NCBI GenBank assembly: GCA_039831155.1
Contig: JBDONT010000043.1
Location: 128,001 to 192,000 of the forward strand
Origin: Nautiliaceae bacterium
GTDB taxonomy: Bacteria; Campylobacterota; Campylobacteria; Campylobacterales; Nautiliaceae
DNA: 64,000 nucleotides
Direction: 5' to 3'
Shown here in pieces: positions 30,704 to 40,201 of this stretch. How positions within the stretch are numbered: the first letter of the stretch is position 1; each line of letters starts with the position of its first letter. A model generated the notes under the pieces. It was not told the DNA's origin. It ran no database searches and worked only from the letters and a program-made list of their open reading frames with translations. The position numbers were made by a program, and so were the translations under genes.

Positions 30704-31570
30704 ATGCAAGGTGCGATGACTGCTCTTATAACTCCGTTTAAAAACGGAAAAGTTGATGAAGAGACCTATGCAAAACTTATACAAAGACAGATTGATAACG
30801 GAATTGATTGGGTGGTGCCGGTTGGGACAACGGGAGAGAGTGCCACTTTAACTCACGACGAACATAAAAGATGTATAGAAATTGCCGTTGAGGTGTGTAA
30901 GAATACAAATACGAAAATTTTAGCCGGTGCCGGAAGTAACTCTACGCATGAGAGTATAGATTTAGCTAAGTTTGCCGAAAGTAAAGGTGCCGATGCGGTG
31001 CTTAGCGTTTCTCCTTATTATAACAAACCTACTCAAAGAGGGCTTTACGAACACTATAAAGCTTTGGCGAATTCGATTGATATTCCGGTGGTGCTTTATA
31101 ACGTACCGGGTAGGACTTGTAGTAATATAGAAGTTGAAACGGCTATAAGACTTTTTAACGATGTGGAAAATATTATAGCTATTAAAGAAGCGACAGGTAA
31201 AATAGAAAACGTAGTAGCCCTTTGTGCTAAAAGCGATATTGCAGTAATTAGTGGGGATGACGCTATTAATTATCCTATTATGGCAACAGGTGGTAGAGGT
31301 TGTATTTCGGTAACTTCTAATTTACTTCCCGCAAAAATAGCGGATTTAATTCATACGGCTTTAAAAGGGGACTTTGATACAAGTAGAGCTATTAATGAAG
31401 AGTTATATGAGCTTAATAAAGTTCTATTTATAGAAAGTAATCCTATTCCTATTAAATACGCAATGTATGAAGCCGGGCTTATCCCGACGCTTGAATACAG
31501 ACTTCCTTTATGCGAACCTAGCAACGAGAGTAAAGAAAAAATAAAAAAAGTTTTAGATAAATATTTATAA
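30704..31570 (+). CDS. dapA: 4-hydroxy-tetrahydrodipicolinate synthase
   Basis: [39 protein letters not shown] at 30675. Confidence 0.96.
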   Translation: MQGAMTALITPFKNGKVDEETYAKLIQRQIDNGIDWVVPVGTTGESATLTHDEHKRCIEIAVEVCKNTNTKILAGAGSNSTHESIDLAKFAESKGADAVLSVSPYYNKPTQRGLYEHYKALANSIDIPVVLYNVPGRTCSNIEVETAIRLFNDVENIIAIKEATGKIENVVALCAKSDIAVISGDDAINYPIMATGGRGCISVTSNLLPAKIADLIHTALKGDFDTSRAINEELYELNKVLFIESNPIPIKYAMYEAGLIPTLEYRLPLCEPSNESKEKIKKVLDKYL

Positions 31571-31596
31571 AAAAAATCAACATATGGAGTAAATAG

Positions 31597-32364
31597 ATGA
31601 AAACATTAGTAATTAGTGGAGCGACAAGAGGTATAGGAAAGGCTATAGCAGAGCGTTTTGCAAAAGATGGTATCAATATCGCTTTTACTTATAATTCAAA
31701 CGAAGAAGTTGCAAATAATCTTGCAAAAGAGTGGAGTGAGAAATACGGCATTAAAGCAAAAGCGTATAAATTAAATATTCTTGAGCCGGAAACTTATAAA
31801 GATTTATTCAAACAAATCGATGAAGATTTTGATAGGGTTGACTTTTTTATCTCTAATGCAATTATCAGTGGAAGAGCAGTTGTAGGGGGATTCGGTCCTT
31901 TTATGAGACTAAAACCTAAAGGTATTTGTAATATCTTTACGGCTACCGTAAACGCTTTTGTAGTAGGAGCTCAAGAAGCAGCAAAAAGAATGCAAAAAGT
32001 AGGTGGGGGGAGTATTATTTCTCTTAGTTCGACGGGAAACTTGGTTTACACTCCAAACTACGCAGGGCATGGTTCTTCTAAAGCCGCAGTTGAAACAATG
32101 GTAAAATACGCAGCTGCAGAGCTTGGAAAATGGGGTATTAGAGTTAATGCCGTGAGCGGAGGTCCTATTGATACGGACGCCCTTAAAGCTTTTCCTAATT
32201 ATGAAGAAGTAAAAGCTGAAGTTGAAAAAAGAAGCCCGCTTAATAGAATGGGTGAGCCTAAAGATTTAGCCGGTATTACTTACTTTTTGTGTACGGACGA
32301 AGCTAGTTGGATTACCGGACAAACTTTTATTGTCGATGGTGGAACAACGTTTGGTGGGGCTTAG
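31597..32364 (+). CDS. SDR oxidoreductase (enoyl-ACP reductase/HdhA-like)
   Basis: SGATRGIG, YAGHGSSK, ITGQTFIVDGG; conserved partner of dapA. Confidence 0.85.
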   Translation: MKTLVISGATRGIGKAIAERFAKDGINIAFTYNSNEEVANNLAKEWSEKYGIKAKAYKLNILEPETYKDLFKQIDEDFDRVDFFISNAIISGRAVVGGFGPFMRLKPKGICNIFTATVNAFVVGAQEAAKRMQKVGGGSIISLSSTGNLVYTPNYAGHGSSKAAVETMVKYAAAELGKWGIRVNAVSGGPIDTDALKAFPNYEEVKAEVEKRSPLNRMGEPKDLAGITYFLCTDEASWITGQTFIVDGGTTFGGA

Positions 32365-32366
32365 AA

Positions 32367-32960
32367 GTGATAGTAACGGAAGACGGAATAAAATTTTATA
32401 GATATGAACGTTGGAAAAAAAGATTAAAAAACGTTCCTAATATTTTGGCTTTTATTAGGATTTTACTTGCGTTTTTGATGTATTTTTTTTTAGTCAATAG
32501 AGATTTATTCGAAGGGATTCATCCTTCCTGGCTTGATTATTTTGCAGCTTTAATTTTTGTAATTGCAAGTGTTACCGATTTTTTTGACGGATATATAGCA
32601 AGAAACTTTGATGCCAGCAGTAAGCTAGGGGAAATACTTGACCCACTTGCCGATAAAATGCTTACTTTAGGGGCTTTTTTGGGGCTTTTGTATTTGCATA
32701 GGGCAAATGCCTGGGCTATATATCTTATAATGGTAAGAGAGTTTTTTATTACTGCTCTTAGAATAGCTATGGTCCAAGAGGGACTTAGCGTAAAAGCGAG
32801 TATGGCCGGGAAAGTAAAAACCGTTTCTCAAATGGGGGCTATAGGGTTTTTGCTTATGAATTGGCCGTGTGGAGAGTGTCTTTTGTGGATAGCTGTTTTT
32901 CTGACTCTTTATAGTGGTTTTGAATATGTAAAAGTTTATGTGAAAGCTCAATATGATTAG
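32367..32960 (+). CDS. pgsA: Phosphatidylglycerophosphate synthase
   Basis: DFFDGYIAR..G..LDPLADK CDP-alcohol phosphotransferase motif; GTG 32367 taken as start. Confidence 0.92.
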   Translation: MIVTEDGIKFYRYERWKKRLKNVPNILAFIRILLAFLMYFFLVNRDLFEGIHPSWLDYFAALIFVIASVTDFFDGYIARNFDASSKLGEILDPLADKMLTLGAFLGLLYLHRANAWAIYLIMVREFFITALRIAMVQEGLSVKASMAGKVKTVSQMGAIGFLLMNWPCGECLLWIAVFLTLYSGFEYVKVYVKAQYD

Positions 32961-33996
32961 TGCTATTTTAATATTATCGTTTTTAATTTTTTTTCACGAA
33001 CTAGGTCATTTTTTAATGGCAAGACTTGTAGGTGTTAAGGTTGAAGTTTTTAGTATAGGTTTTGGAAAAAAGCTTTTATGCAAAAAATTTGGTAATACGA
33101 ACTGGTGTATTAGTGCCGTGCCTCTTGGTGGGTATGTGCAGATGAAAGGGCAGGATGATACTACTCCTACACTAAAAAGCAACGACCCCGATTCTTATAC
33201 CGCAAAGTCTCCTTGGCAAAGGATTTTGATTCTTCTTGGAGGTCCCGGATTTAACTTTTTATTGGCTTTTTTGATTTATCTTTTTATAACGTTTAGCGGA
33301 TGGACTAAATTAGCTCCCGTTATAGGAAAAACAATACCGAATACACCGGCTGCTAAAGTATTTAAGTCGGGAGATAAGATTTTAGAAATTAATGGCATAC
33401 AAATACGTGCTTGGGATGAAATTCCTTCTATCATTCAAAAATCAAGCGATTTAAACGTAGTTATAAAAAGAGGCAATAAGATTTTAACCGTTCATATAAA
33501 GCCTAAAATAGAGATAATGAAAAATATCTTTAATGAAGAGATAAAAAGAAAAATTTTAGGAATTGTACCTAGTGGGGATGTAGTAAAAGTGCATTACGGA
33601 TTTTTGGAGGCTTTTAAAATAGCCTGGGATAAATTCGTTTATGATACGACTTTGATAGTAAAAGGCGTTCAAAAGCTAATTACGGGAGCAGTGGGGCTTA
33701 ATACCATCAGTGGACCGATAGGAATAGTGGACGTAACAGCTAAGGTAGCTGATTACGGATGGCAACCTTTGCTTTTATTAGCCGCTCTTTTGAGTGTGAA
33801 TCTTGGGGTTTTGAATCTACTTCCCATACCGGCACTTGATGGTGGGCATATAATGTTTAATTTATATGAAGCTATATTTAAAAAAGAGATAAGTGCAGAG
33901 ATAATGATAAAACTTACCATCGCTGGATGGGTTATTCTGGGGTCTTTAATGATAGTAGGTATTTTTAACGATTTACATAGATTAATAGGAGGGTAA
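32953..33996 (+). CDS. rseP: RIP metalloprotease RseP
   Basis: HELGH, PLGGYV, PDZ domain, NLLPIPALDGGH. Confidence 0.95.
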   Translation: MISAILILSFLIFFHELGHFLMARLVGVKVEVFSIGFGKKLLCKKFGNTNWCISAVPLGGYVQMKGQDDTTPTLKSNDPDSYTAKSPWQRILILLGGPGFNFLLAFLIYLFITFSGWTKLAPVIGKTIPNTPAAKVFKSGDKILEINGIQIRAWDEIPSIIQKSSDLNVVIKRGNKILTVHIKPKIEIMKNIFNEEIKRKILGIVPSGDVVKVHYGFLEAFKIAWDKFVYDTTLIVKGVQKLITGAVGLNTISGPIGIVDVTAKVADYGWQPLLLLAALLSVNLGVLNLLPIPALDGGHIMFNLYEAIFKKEISAEIMIKLTIAGWVILGSLMIVGIFNDLHRLIGG

Positions 33997-34661
33997 TGAT
34001 GACTTTAGACGAACTGATTCAAAGAGTCGAAGCAGCAAGGCTTAGAAGAAGTGAGCATTTAATAGTGCAAATAGTGGCAGTTACTAAGTACACTAAAGAT
34101 ATAGAACCTTTAAAAAGACTATACGCAGAAGGTCAAAGAGCTTTTGGGGAAAACAGGGTTCAGGATATGGAAGATAAGGTAAAAGCATTGGAGGATTTGC
34201 CGATAGAGTGGCATTTTATAGGTAACTTACAAAAAAATAAAATCAATAAACTTTTAAAGCTTAATCCTTTTATGATTCAGTCTATTAATTCGTATGAATT
34301 GGCAGAAGCCATAAACAAAAGAACAGATAAGCCCGTTCGATGTCTGCTTGAAATTAATTCGGCAAAAGAAGAGACAAAACACGGTCTTCAGCCGGAATTG
34401 GCAGTTGATACGTATTTAAAAATTAAAGAAAATTTAAAGCATATTAATTTACAAGGTGTTATGACGATAGGGGCTCACGTTGATGATGAAGAAGAGATTA
34501 GAAAGAGTTTTAGGTTGACTTATAAAATATTTGAAGAACTAAAACCTTACGGTGCTAAGATTTGTTCTATGGGAATGAGTAATGATTTTGAAATAGCCAT
34601 AGAAGAGGGTAGTAATATGATAAGAATCGGTAGTGCACTTTTAAATTCTTATATGCAGTAA
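33996..34661 (+). CDS. yggS: PLP homeostasis protein (YggS family)
   Basis: VAVTK, FGENRVQ, WHFIGNLQKNK, SMGMSND. Confidence 0.93.
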   Translation: MMTLDELIQRVEAARLRRSEHLIVQIVAVTKYTKDIEPLKRLYAEGQRAFGENRVQDMEDKVKALEDLPIEWHFIGNLQKNKINKLLKLNPFMIQSINSYELAEAINKRTDKPVRCLLEINSAKEETKHGLQPELAVDTYLKIKENLKHINLQGVMTIGAHVDDEEEIRKSFRLTYKIFEELKPYGAKICSMGMSNDFEIAIEEGSNMIRIGSALLNSYMQ

Positions 34662-34728
34662 AAATATTATGTTAACTGGTAAGTCATCCAAATAACTTCT
34701 CCATTAAAGACAAAACGGTAAAACAAAA

Positions 34729-35955
34729 TTATCCTTTAATAAGTTTTACCGTTACGCTTTTGTCGAAATATTTTTTTATATCTTCTACGTCTTCACAAGA
34801 GAGGGAGTTTATTTTCTCTTCATATTGAAGTAGGGGAGTTATGTCGCCTTTTGCAAAATAGTCCCCGTATATGTTGCTAACACCGGATGAACTTTCAAGG
34901 TGAGTTAAAAAGTCCATTTTTGTTTGATTTTTTACTTTTTTAAGGGCTTTTTTAGTAATTTTTGTATTTAAAATCTCTTTTTTAAGTTCTTTTTCAACTA
35001 TATCGGGATTTACACCTGGATTACATATGGCAAGGGCTAAGAAAACTCCCGGGTCTATTAATTCCATATTATATGCATAGACTTCGCTAACAAGCGATTT
35101 TTTGTTTATAAGCTTTTCTCTTAAACTTCCACTTTTTCCTCCACTTAAAATTTCACTGTAAGCACTTAATGCAAACTGGTCTTCGTGTTTAAAATTTGGA
35201 ATTCTATAAGCTATAGCTATTACGTTTACTTCGGTGTCTCTTTTTATTACTATTTCTTTGTCTCCGTCAAGTGGAGGTTCAACGGTATGGATTTGAGGAA
35301 TTTTTTTTCTGTTTTTTATATGGGAGAAATATTTTTCGGCACTTTCAAAAACCTCATTAGGGTCTATATCCCCGGCTACTAAAATAAAAGCGTTTTTAGG
35401 CTGATAAAAAGTTTTATGAAATTTTCTTATATCTTGAATAGTCCAATTTAGAATATCCTCTTTAAATCCTATCGGAGTCCAGTGGTAAGGATGATAAATA
35501 AAAGTGTTGTTAAAAAGTCTAAAATAGAGGTATCCTATCGGATTATTATCCGTTCTCCATAGTCTCTCTTCGTATACGACTTTTCTTTCACGTTGAAATT
35601 CGTCGTCGTTTAGATTTAGATTTTCCATAACTTCACTAAATAGCTCTAGGGTTTTGTCAAGATAACTGCTGGATGTTTTTATATAATAATGAGTATAATC
35701 AAACCCGGTTGACGCGTTATCTACACCACCTAGGCTTTTTACTATTTTATCAAACTCTCCTTCTTTTAGGTTTTTTGTGGATTTGAAGTTCATATGTTCA
35801 AGCATATGAGCTATTCCGGTTTTTCCCATAGCTTCGTTTCTGCTTCCGACTTTATAAAAAATATTGCTCGTAATTACATTTGAGCCTTTATTCATCGGAA
35901 TTGTTATAACTTCAAGAGAGTTTTTTAGTTTATGAGTATAAAATCTGTGAAGCAT
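34729..35955 (-). CDS. M16 family zinc peptidase
   Basis: HMLEH inverzincin motif, NASTGFDYTHY. Confidence 0.92.
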   Translation of the reverse strand: MLHRFYTHKLKNSLEVITIPMNKGSNVITSNIFYKVGSRNEAMGKTGIAHMLEHMNFKSTKNLKEGEFDKIVKSLGGVDNASTGFDYTHYYIKTSSSYLDKTLELFSEVMENLNLNDDEFQRERKVVYEERLWRTDNNPIGYLYFRLFNNTFIYHPYHWTPIGFKEDILNWTIQDIRKFHKTFYQPKNAFILVAGDIDPNEVFESAEKYFSHIKNRKKIPQIHTVEPPLDGDKEIVIKRDTEVNVIAIAYRIPNFKHEDQFALSAYSEILSGGKSGSLREKLINKKSLVSEVYAYNMELIDPGVFLALAICNPGVNPDIVEKELKKEILNTKITKKALKKVKNQTKMDFLTHLESSSGVSNIYGDYFAKGDITPLLQYEEKINSLSCEDVEDIKKYFDKSVTVKLIKG

Positions 35956-35989
35956 TGACCACCTTTTTTTTGTATTATCATATCATATT

Positions 35990-36310
35990 TTAAAAATTAA
36001 AAACGGCTGCCATAAAAGGATATACGTTAATAAAAATAAAAAACAAAATCATTCCCAAAGCTATGGCGTTTATCATTCTTAATAAACCGTTGGGTAAAAG
36101 GTCTTTAATAAAAGAAGTAATCAAAGAAGCTATTACCCAAAACGGAGTTGCAAAAAGAGTTGAAATTAAAGCTCCTTGAATATATTCGTATCTTACCGGG
36201 TTGGTGTAATCCAAAAAATAATTCATAGTATAAAATAATCCCATTCCTAAAAGAGCAACTCCTATCGTTAAAAATAATAAAAATATAAAAATTAATAAAA
36301 ATTTTTTCAT
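35990..36310 (-). CDS. Hypothetical membrane protein (3 TM)
   Basis: Hydrophobic ORF coupled to the pyrD stop codon. Confidence 0.6.
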   Translation of the reverse strand: MKKFLLIFIFLLFLTIGVALLGMGLFYTMNYFLDYTNPVRYEYIQGALISTLFATPFWVIASLITSFIKDLLPNGLLRMINAIALGMILFFIFINVYPFMAAVFNF

Positions 36311-37368
36311 TATTTTAAATCGGCTCCTACAGCTTCGCTTATATGACTAAATCCGTCTCTTTTGAGAAGTTCTATAAGTCCTAAATTTATATCTCTTGCC
36401 ACAAAAGGACCTTTGTAAACTATAGCCGTATAGATTTGAAGTAAAGAAGCTCCAGCTTTTATACGTTTATACGCTTCTTGTGCCGAATCGATACCACCTA
36501 CGCTTACGATAGGAACTTTTGAAAAGACCTCTTTTGCGACTATTTGTAAGACTTCATAACTTCTTTTTGCCAAAGGTTTCCCTGAAATTCCTCCTTTTTT
36601 AATAGGAGAATTTACCAAATCGTAATTAACGGTAGTGTTTGTAACGATTATACCGTCTGCTTTGTTTTCTACGCTTAAGTTGGCTAAATTTCTAATCATA
36701 TCGTCTTGCATATCCGGGGAAAATTTTATAAGAATAGATTTTCGGGTTAGGGTTTTTAGCTCTTTAAAAAGAGTTGAGATAAAAGTTTCGTTTAGTAAAT
36801 CTCTAAGTCCCGGAGTGTTCGGAGAAGAGATATTTACTACGAAAAAGTCCACTACGTCGTTTAGTTCTTTTACTAAAATTTTATAATCTTCTATCGCTTT
36901 GTCTTCCGGGGTGCTTTTGTTTTTGCCTATGTTAGCACCGATAGGAAGTATGAAAGGGTGGATTTTAGAGAGTCTTTTTTTCATTACCTCAACGCCTTCG
37001 TTATTAAATCCGTAAGCGTTTTGAACGGCTTGATACTCTATATGTCTCCAGGCTCTTGGTTTTTCGTTACCTGGTTGAGGCTTTGGAGTAACGGCTCCCA
37101 CTTCTCCCCACCCAAAACCCAGTGCAGGCCACGCCGATATCATTTTTGCGTGTTTATCAAATCCGGCGGCAACTCCTATAGGGTTTTTAAATTCAAGATT
37201 CCATATCTTTTGGTTTAAAATAGGGTCGTCTATAAAATTTCTTTGGATTAAAGGATTAAAAAAAAGAGGACATCTTCTAGCCGTACTTAGGGCTAGTTCT
37301 GCTAAATTGTGAGCTAATTCCGGGTCTGTTTTGTAAATTAAAGGTTTTATCTTCTCAAAAAAACTCAT
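36310..37368 (-). CDS. pyrD: Quinone-dependent dihydroorotate dehydrogenase
   Basis: AAGFDK, NISSPNTPGLR, TNTT, GGISG. Confidence 0.95.
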   Translation of the reverse strand: MSFFEKIKPLIYKTDPELAHNLAELALSTARRCPLFFNPLIQRNFIDDPILNQKIWNLEFKNPIGVAAGFDKHAKMISAWPALGFGWGEVGAVTPKPQPGNEKPRAWRHIEYQAVQNAYGFNNEGVEVMKKRLSKIHPFILPIGANIGKNKSTPEDKAIEDYKILVKELNDVVDFFVVNISSPNTPGLRDLLNETFISTLFKELKTLTRKSILIKFSPDMQDDMIRNLANLSVENKADGIIVTNTTVNYDLVNSPIKKGGISGKPLAKRSYEVLQIVAKEVFSKVPIVSVGGIDSAQEAYKRIKAGASLLQIYTAIVYKGPFVARDINLGLIELLKRDGFSHISEAVGADLK

Positions 37369-37369
37369 T

Positions 37370-38767
37370 TTATACCTTTTCCCATAAAGTTCCGTTTGGA
37401 GTGTCTTGTATCTGAATTCCCATATTTTTCAGTTCGTCTCTTATTTTATCTGCAAGTTCGTAATTTTTTTCTTTTTTAGCTTCGTTTCTTTTTTCGATAA
37501 GTTCGTTTATTTTCTTTTTAGTCTCTTCATCTATTCCGGCTTGGAAATACTCATACGCATCACTTCCACCGACTCCTAAAAGCGAATCTATAAACTCTAT
37601 ATTGTTTACGATTTTTTGTTTCAAGGCTTTGTCTTTAGGATTTTTATCCAGGTTTTCGTTTACTTCGTTTATAAATTCATCAACCGTTGCAAGTGCTTTT
37701 GAGATGTTTAGGTCGTCTTTTAGTGCGTTTAACAGTTTTTCTTCAAACTCTTTGTCTTTTTGTTTTTTACTAATTCCGTATACTCTTTTTTTGAGACGAT
37801 AAAGTTTATCGAGTCTTTTTTTGCTTGCGATTAAATCCTCTTCACTAAAATTCAGTGGGGCTCTGTAATGAGTACTCATAAGATAAAACCTTAAAACTTC
37901 TCCCGGGTAGTGTTTTAAGGCGTCTTTTACAAAAAAACTGTTTCCGAGTGATTTACTCATCTTTTCGCCGTTGATTTGTACAAATCCGTTATGCATCCAG
38001 TATTTTGCCAGGTGGGTGTCGTAAGCACAATAAGTTTGAGCCTCTTCGTTTTCGTGGTGAGGGAAAAAGAGGTCTGCTCCTCCCCCGTGGATGTCTATTT
38101 GATAAGGGGTATTATCGTAGGCTATATGTTTTTTAATCATAGCACTACACTCTATATGCCACCCCGGTCTTCCTTTTCCAAAAGGCGAATTAAAACATAC
38201 GTCATCTTCTCCTTTGCACGCTTTCCATAATGCGAAATCCGCCGGGTTTTTTTTACCTTCCGTATCTACTCTGTGAACGACTTCGCCCTCTTGACACTTG
38301 TTTGAGAGTTTGCAATACTCTTTGTCTTTGCTGGTATCAAAATAGATATCTCCGTTTTCCAGTTTGTAAGCGTACCCTTTTTGTAGGAGTTTATCGATTA
38401 ATTCGAACATAGCTTCAAGGGATTCGGTGGCTTTCGGTTCTATATCGGCTCTTTTTACGTTTAAAGCTTCCATATCTTTTAAATAAGAATCAATATAATA
38501 TTCGGTAATTTCTTTTAGACTCTTACCGGTTTGATTCATTTTTTTTATGATTTTATCGTCGATGTCAGTGAAGTTTTTTACGAAAGTTACGTTATAGCCT
38601 AATGCTTTTAGGGTACGTCTTAGTAAATCGAAACTTATAGAACTTCTAGCGTGTCCTAAGTGTGCGTCGTCGTATACCGTAGGTCCGCATACGTAAATTT
38701 TTACCTCTTTTTCTTTTAGGGGGATAAATTTAATTTTTTCTTTTAAATGTGAATCGTAGATTTTCAT
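37370..38767 (-). CDS. cysS: Cysteine--tRNA ligase
   Basis: CGPTVYD..HLGH, GRPGWHIEC, KMSKS. Confidence 0.97.
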   Translation of the reverse strand: MKIYDSHLKEKIKFIPLKEKEVKIYVCGPTVYDDAHLGHARSSISFDLLRRTLKALGYNVTFVKNFTDIDDKIIKKMNQTGKSLKEITEYYIDSYLKDMEALNVKRADIEPKATESLEAMFELIDKLLQKGYAYKLENGDIYFDTSKDKEYCKLSNKCQEGEVVHRVDTEGKKNPADFALWKACKGEDDVCFNSPFGKGRPGWHIECSAMIKKHIAYDNTPYQIDIHGGGADLFFPHHENEEAQTYCAYDTHLAKYWMHNGFVQINGEKMSKSLGNSFFVKDALKHYPGEVLRFYLMSTHYRAPLNFSEEDLIASKKRLDKLYRLKKRVYGISKKQKDKEFEEKLLNALKDDLNISKALATVDEFINEVNENLDKNPKDKALKQKIVNNIEFIDSLLGVGGSDAYEYFQAGIDEETKKKINELIEKRNEAKKEKNYELADKIRDELKNMGIQIQDTPNGTLWEKV

Positions 38768-38776
38768 ATTTCTCCT

Positions 38777-40174
38777 TTATATGATTAAAAGAATTAAATT
38801 TTTAAAAACAACTGCTAAAATTATACTTGCTAATATTACCAAAATAGAATAAAAAATATATTTTTTTTCAAAAAACTCTGCAAATTTACCAAAACCGAAC
38901 TCTTTTATTATTAAAAAGAGTTTAACCGCTTCCCCTATACTTGTAGCAAGTGCCAAGCCGTAAAATTTTAAAGGCATAATAAGAGTCAACGAAAAGAAAA
39001 TATTAACTCCTAAAGATATAGCCGAAATTTTTGCGGCTTTTAAGTGTCTGTGGGTTGCAAAAAGATAGCTTGATAATAGTTTGTTAAGACCGGCTGGGAT
39101 TAATCCTATCATATACATAATTAAAGTAACGGACGTATAAAGGGTGTCTTGTTTAGTGAAGGCTCCGTGTTCGAAAAGCAAAGTTATTATCTCTTTACTT
39201 GAAATTACGGCTACTATTGTTGCTAAGGTGAGGATATAAAAAAGAATCCAAAACATCTTTTTTAAAATTTCAAAAGCCTCTTTGTGTTGGTTTTTATTTA
39301 GGCGTTTGTTTATTTCCGGGAAAATTACACTGCTTGTAGCAAGTGCGAAAAGAGCGAACGGAAGTTGGAAAAGTCTGTTTGCATACCATAAATAACTAAT
39401 ACTTCCACTTGCCAAAAACGTAGCGAGCCACGTATCTATAAAAGAGCTTATTTGAGAAGTGGAGTTTCCGAAAACAGAAGGTAAAAAATGCTTTTTAAAA
39501 GTTGATAGGTCTTCTTGTTTTTTGCTTTTTGCCCCTATGCAGAGGAGTTTTAATACGTTGTGTTTTTTTGCAGAGTATAAAATCGCCAGAACCTGGGCTA
39601 TTCCTCCGAAAATCACTCCTAAGCTTAAATACCATATGATTTGTTCTTTTGGTAAGTCTTTGGAGATTAAAAGGGCTGCTATAAATGCGATATTCAATAA
39701 AACCGGAGTAAAAGCACTCATAAAAACCTGTTTTTTATGCTGAAGTAAAGATGAAAAAAAGGTCACTATAAATATTAAATCCAAATACCAAAAATTAATC
39801 GCTACCAGGGGAGAAGCGAGTTTTTTAGCCTCTTCACTAAATCCTGGAGCCAGTAAATCGGTAATTAGATTTGAAAATAGGGTTACAATTACCGATAAAA
39901 TAAGTATAATTATAAATAACTTTTTAAACACAAGCCACGCAAAGGCCGGTTTGTTTTTTGCTTTTAAGAAGCTTGGAAGAAAACTTTGGGCAAAAGCACC
40001 TTCGGCGAAAATTCGTCTGAAAAGATTAGGGAATTTAAAAGCGACGAAAAAAATGTCCGAATATACGTTTGCACCGAGAATCGAAGCACTTAACAAATCT
40101 CTGATAAATCCCAGGATTCTTGAAGTTAAAGTTCCTAGGGATGTGATGCCTATTAGTTTTAGTATGGATAACAT
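38777..40174 (-). CDS. murJ: Lipid II flippase MurJ
   Basis: SRILGFIRD, PNLFRRIFAEGA, ANRLFQLP. Confidence 0.93.
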   Translation of the reverse strand: MLSILKLIGITSLGTLTSRILGFIRDLLSASILGANVYSDIFFVAFKFPNLFRRIFAEGAFAQSFLPSFLKAKNKPAFAWLVFKKLFIIILILSVIVTLFSNLITDLLAPGFSEEAKKLASPLVAINFWYLDLIFIVTFFSSLLQHKKQVFMSAFTPVLLNIAFIAALLISKDLPKEQIIWYLSLGVIFGGIAQVLAILYSAKKHNVLKLLCIGAKSKKQEDLSTFKKHFLPSVFGNSTSQISSFIDTWLATFLASGSISYLWYANRLFQLPFALFALATSSVIFPEINKRLNKNQHKEAFEILKKMFWILFYILTLATIVAVISSKEIITLLFEHGAFTKQDTLYTSVTLIMYMIGLIPAGLNKLLSSYLFATHRHLKAAKISAISLGVNIFFSLTLIMPLKFYGLALATSIGEAVKLFLIIKEFGFGKFAEFFEKKYIFYSILVILASIILAVVFKNLILLII

Positions 40175-40201
40175 AAAACGTATTTTACCAAAAGGATTGA
40201 T

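Noticed and set aside
34650-34677. Second complete dif site
   Set aside because: Only the XerD arm matches; the left arm and spacer do not fit 11-6-11 well, so it is reported only as a half site
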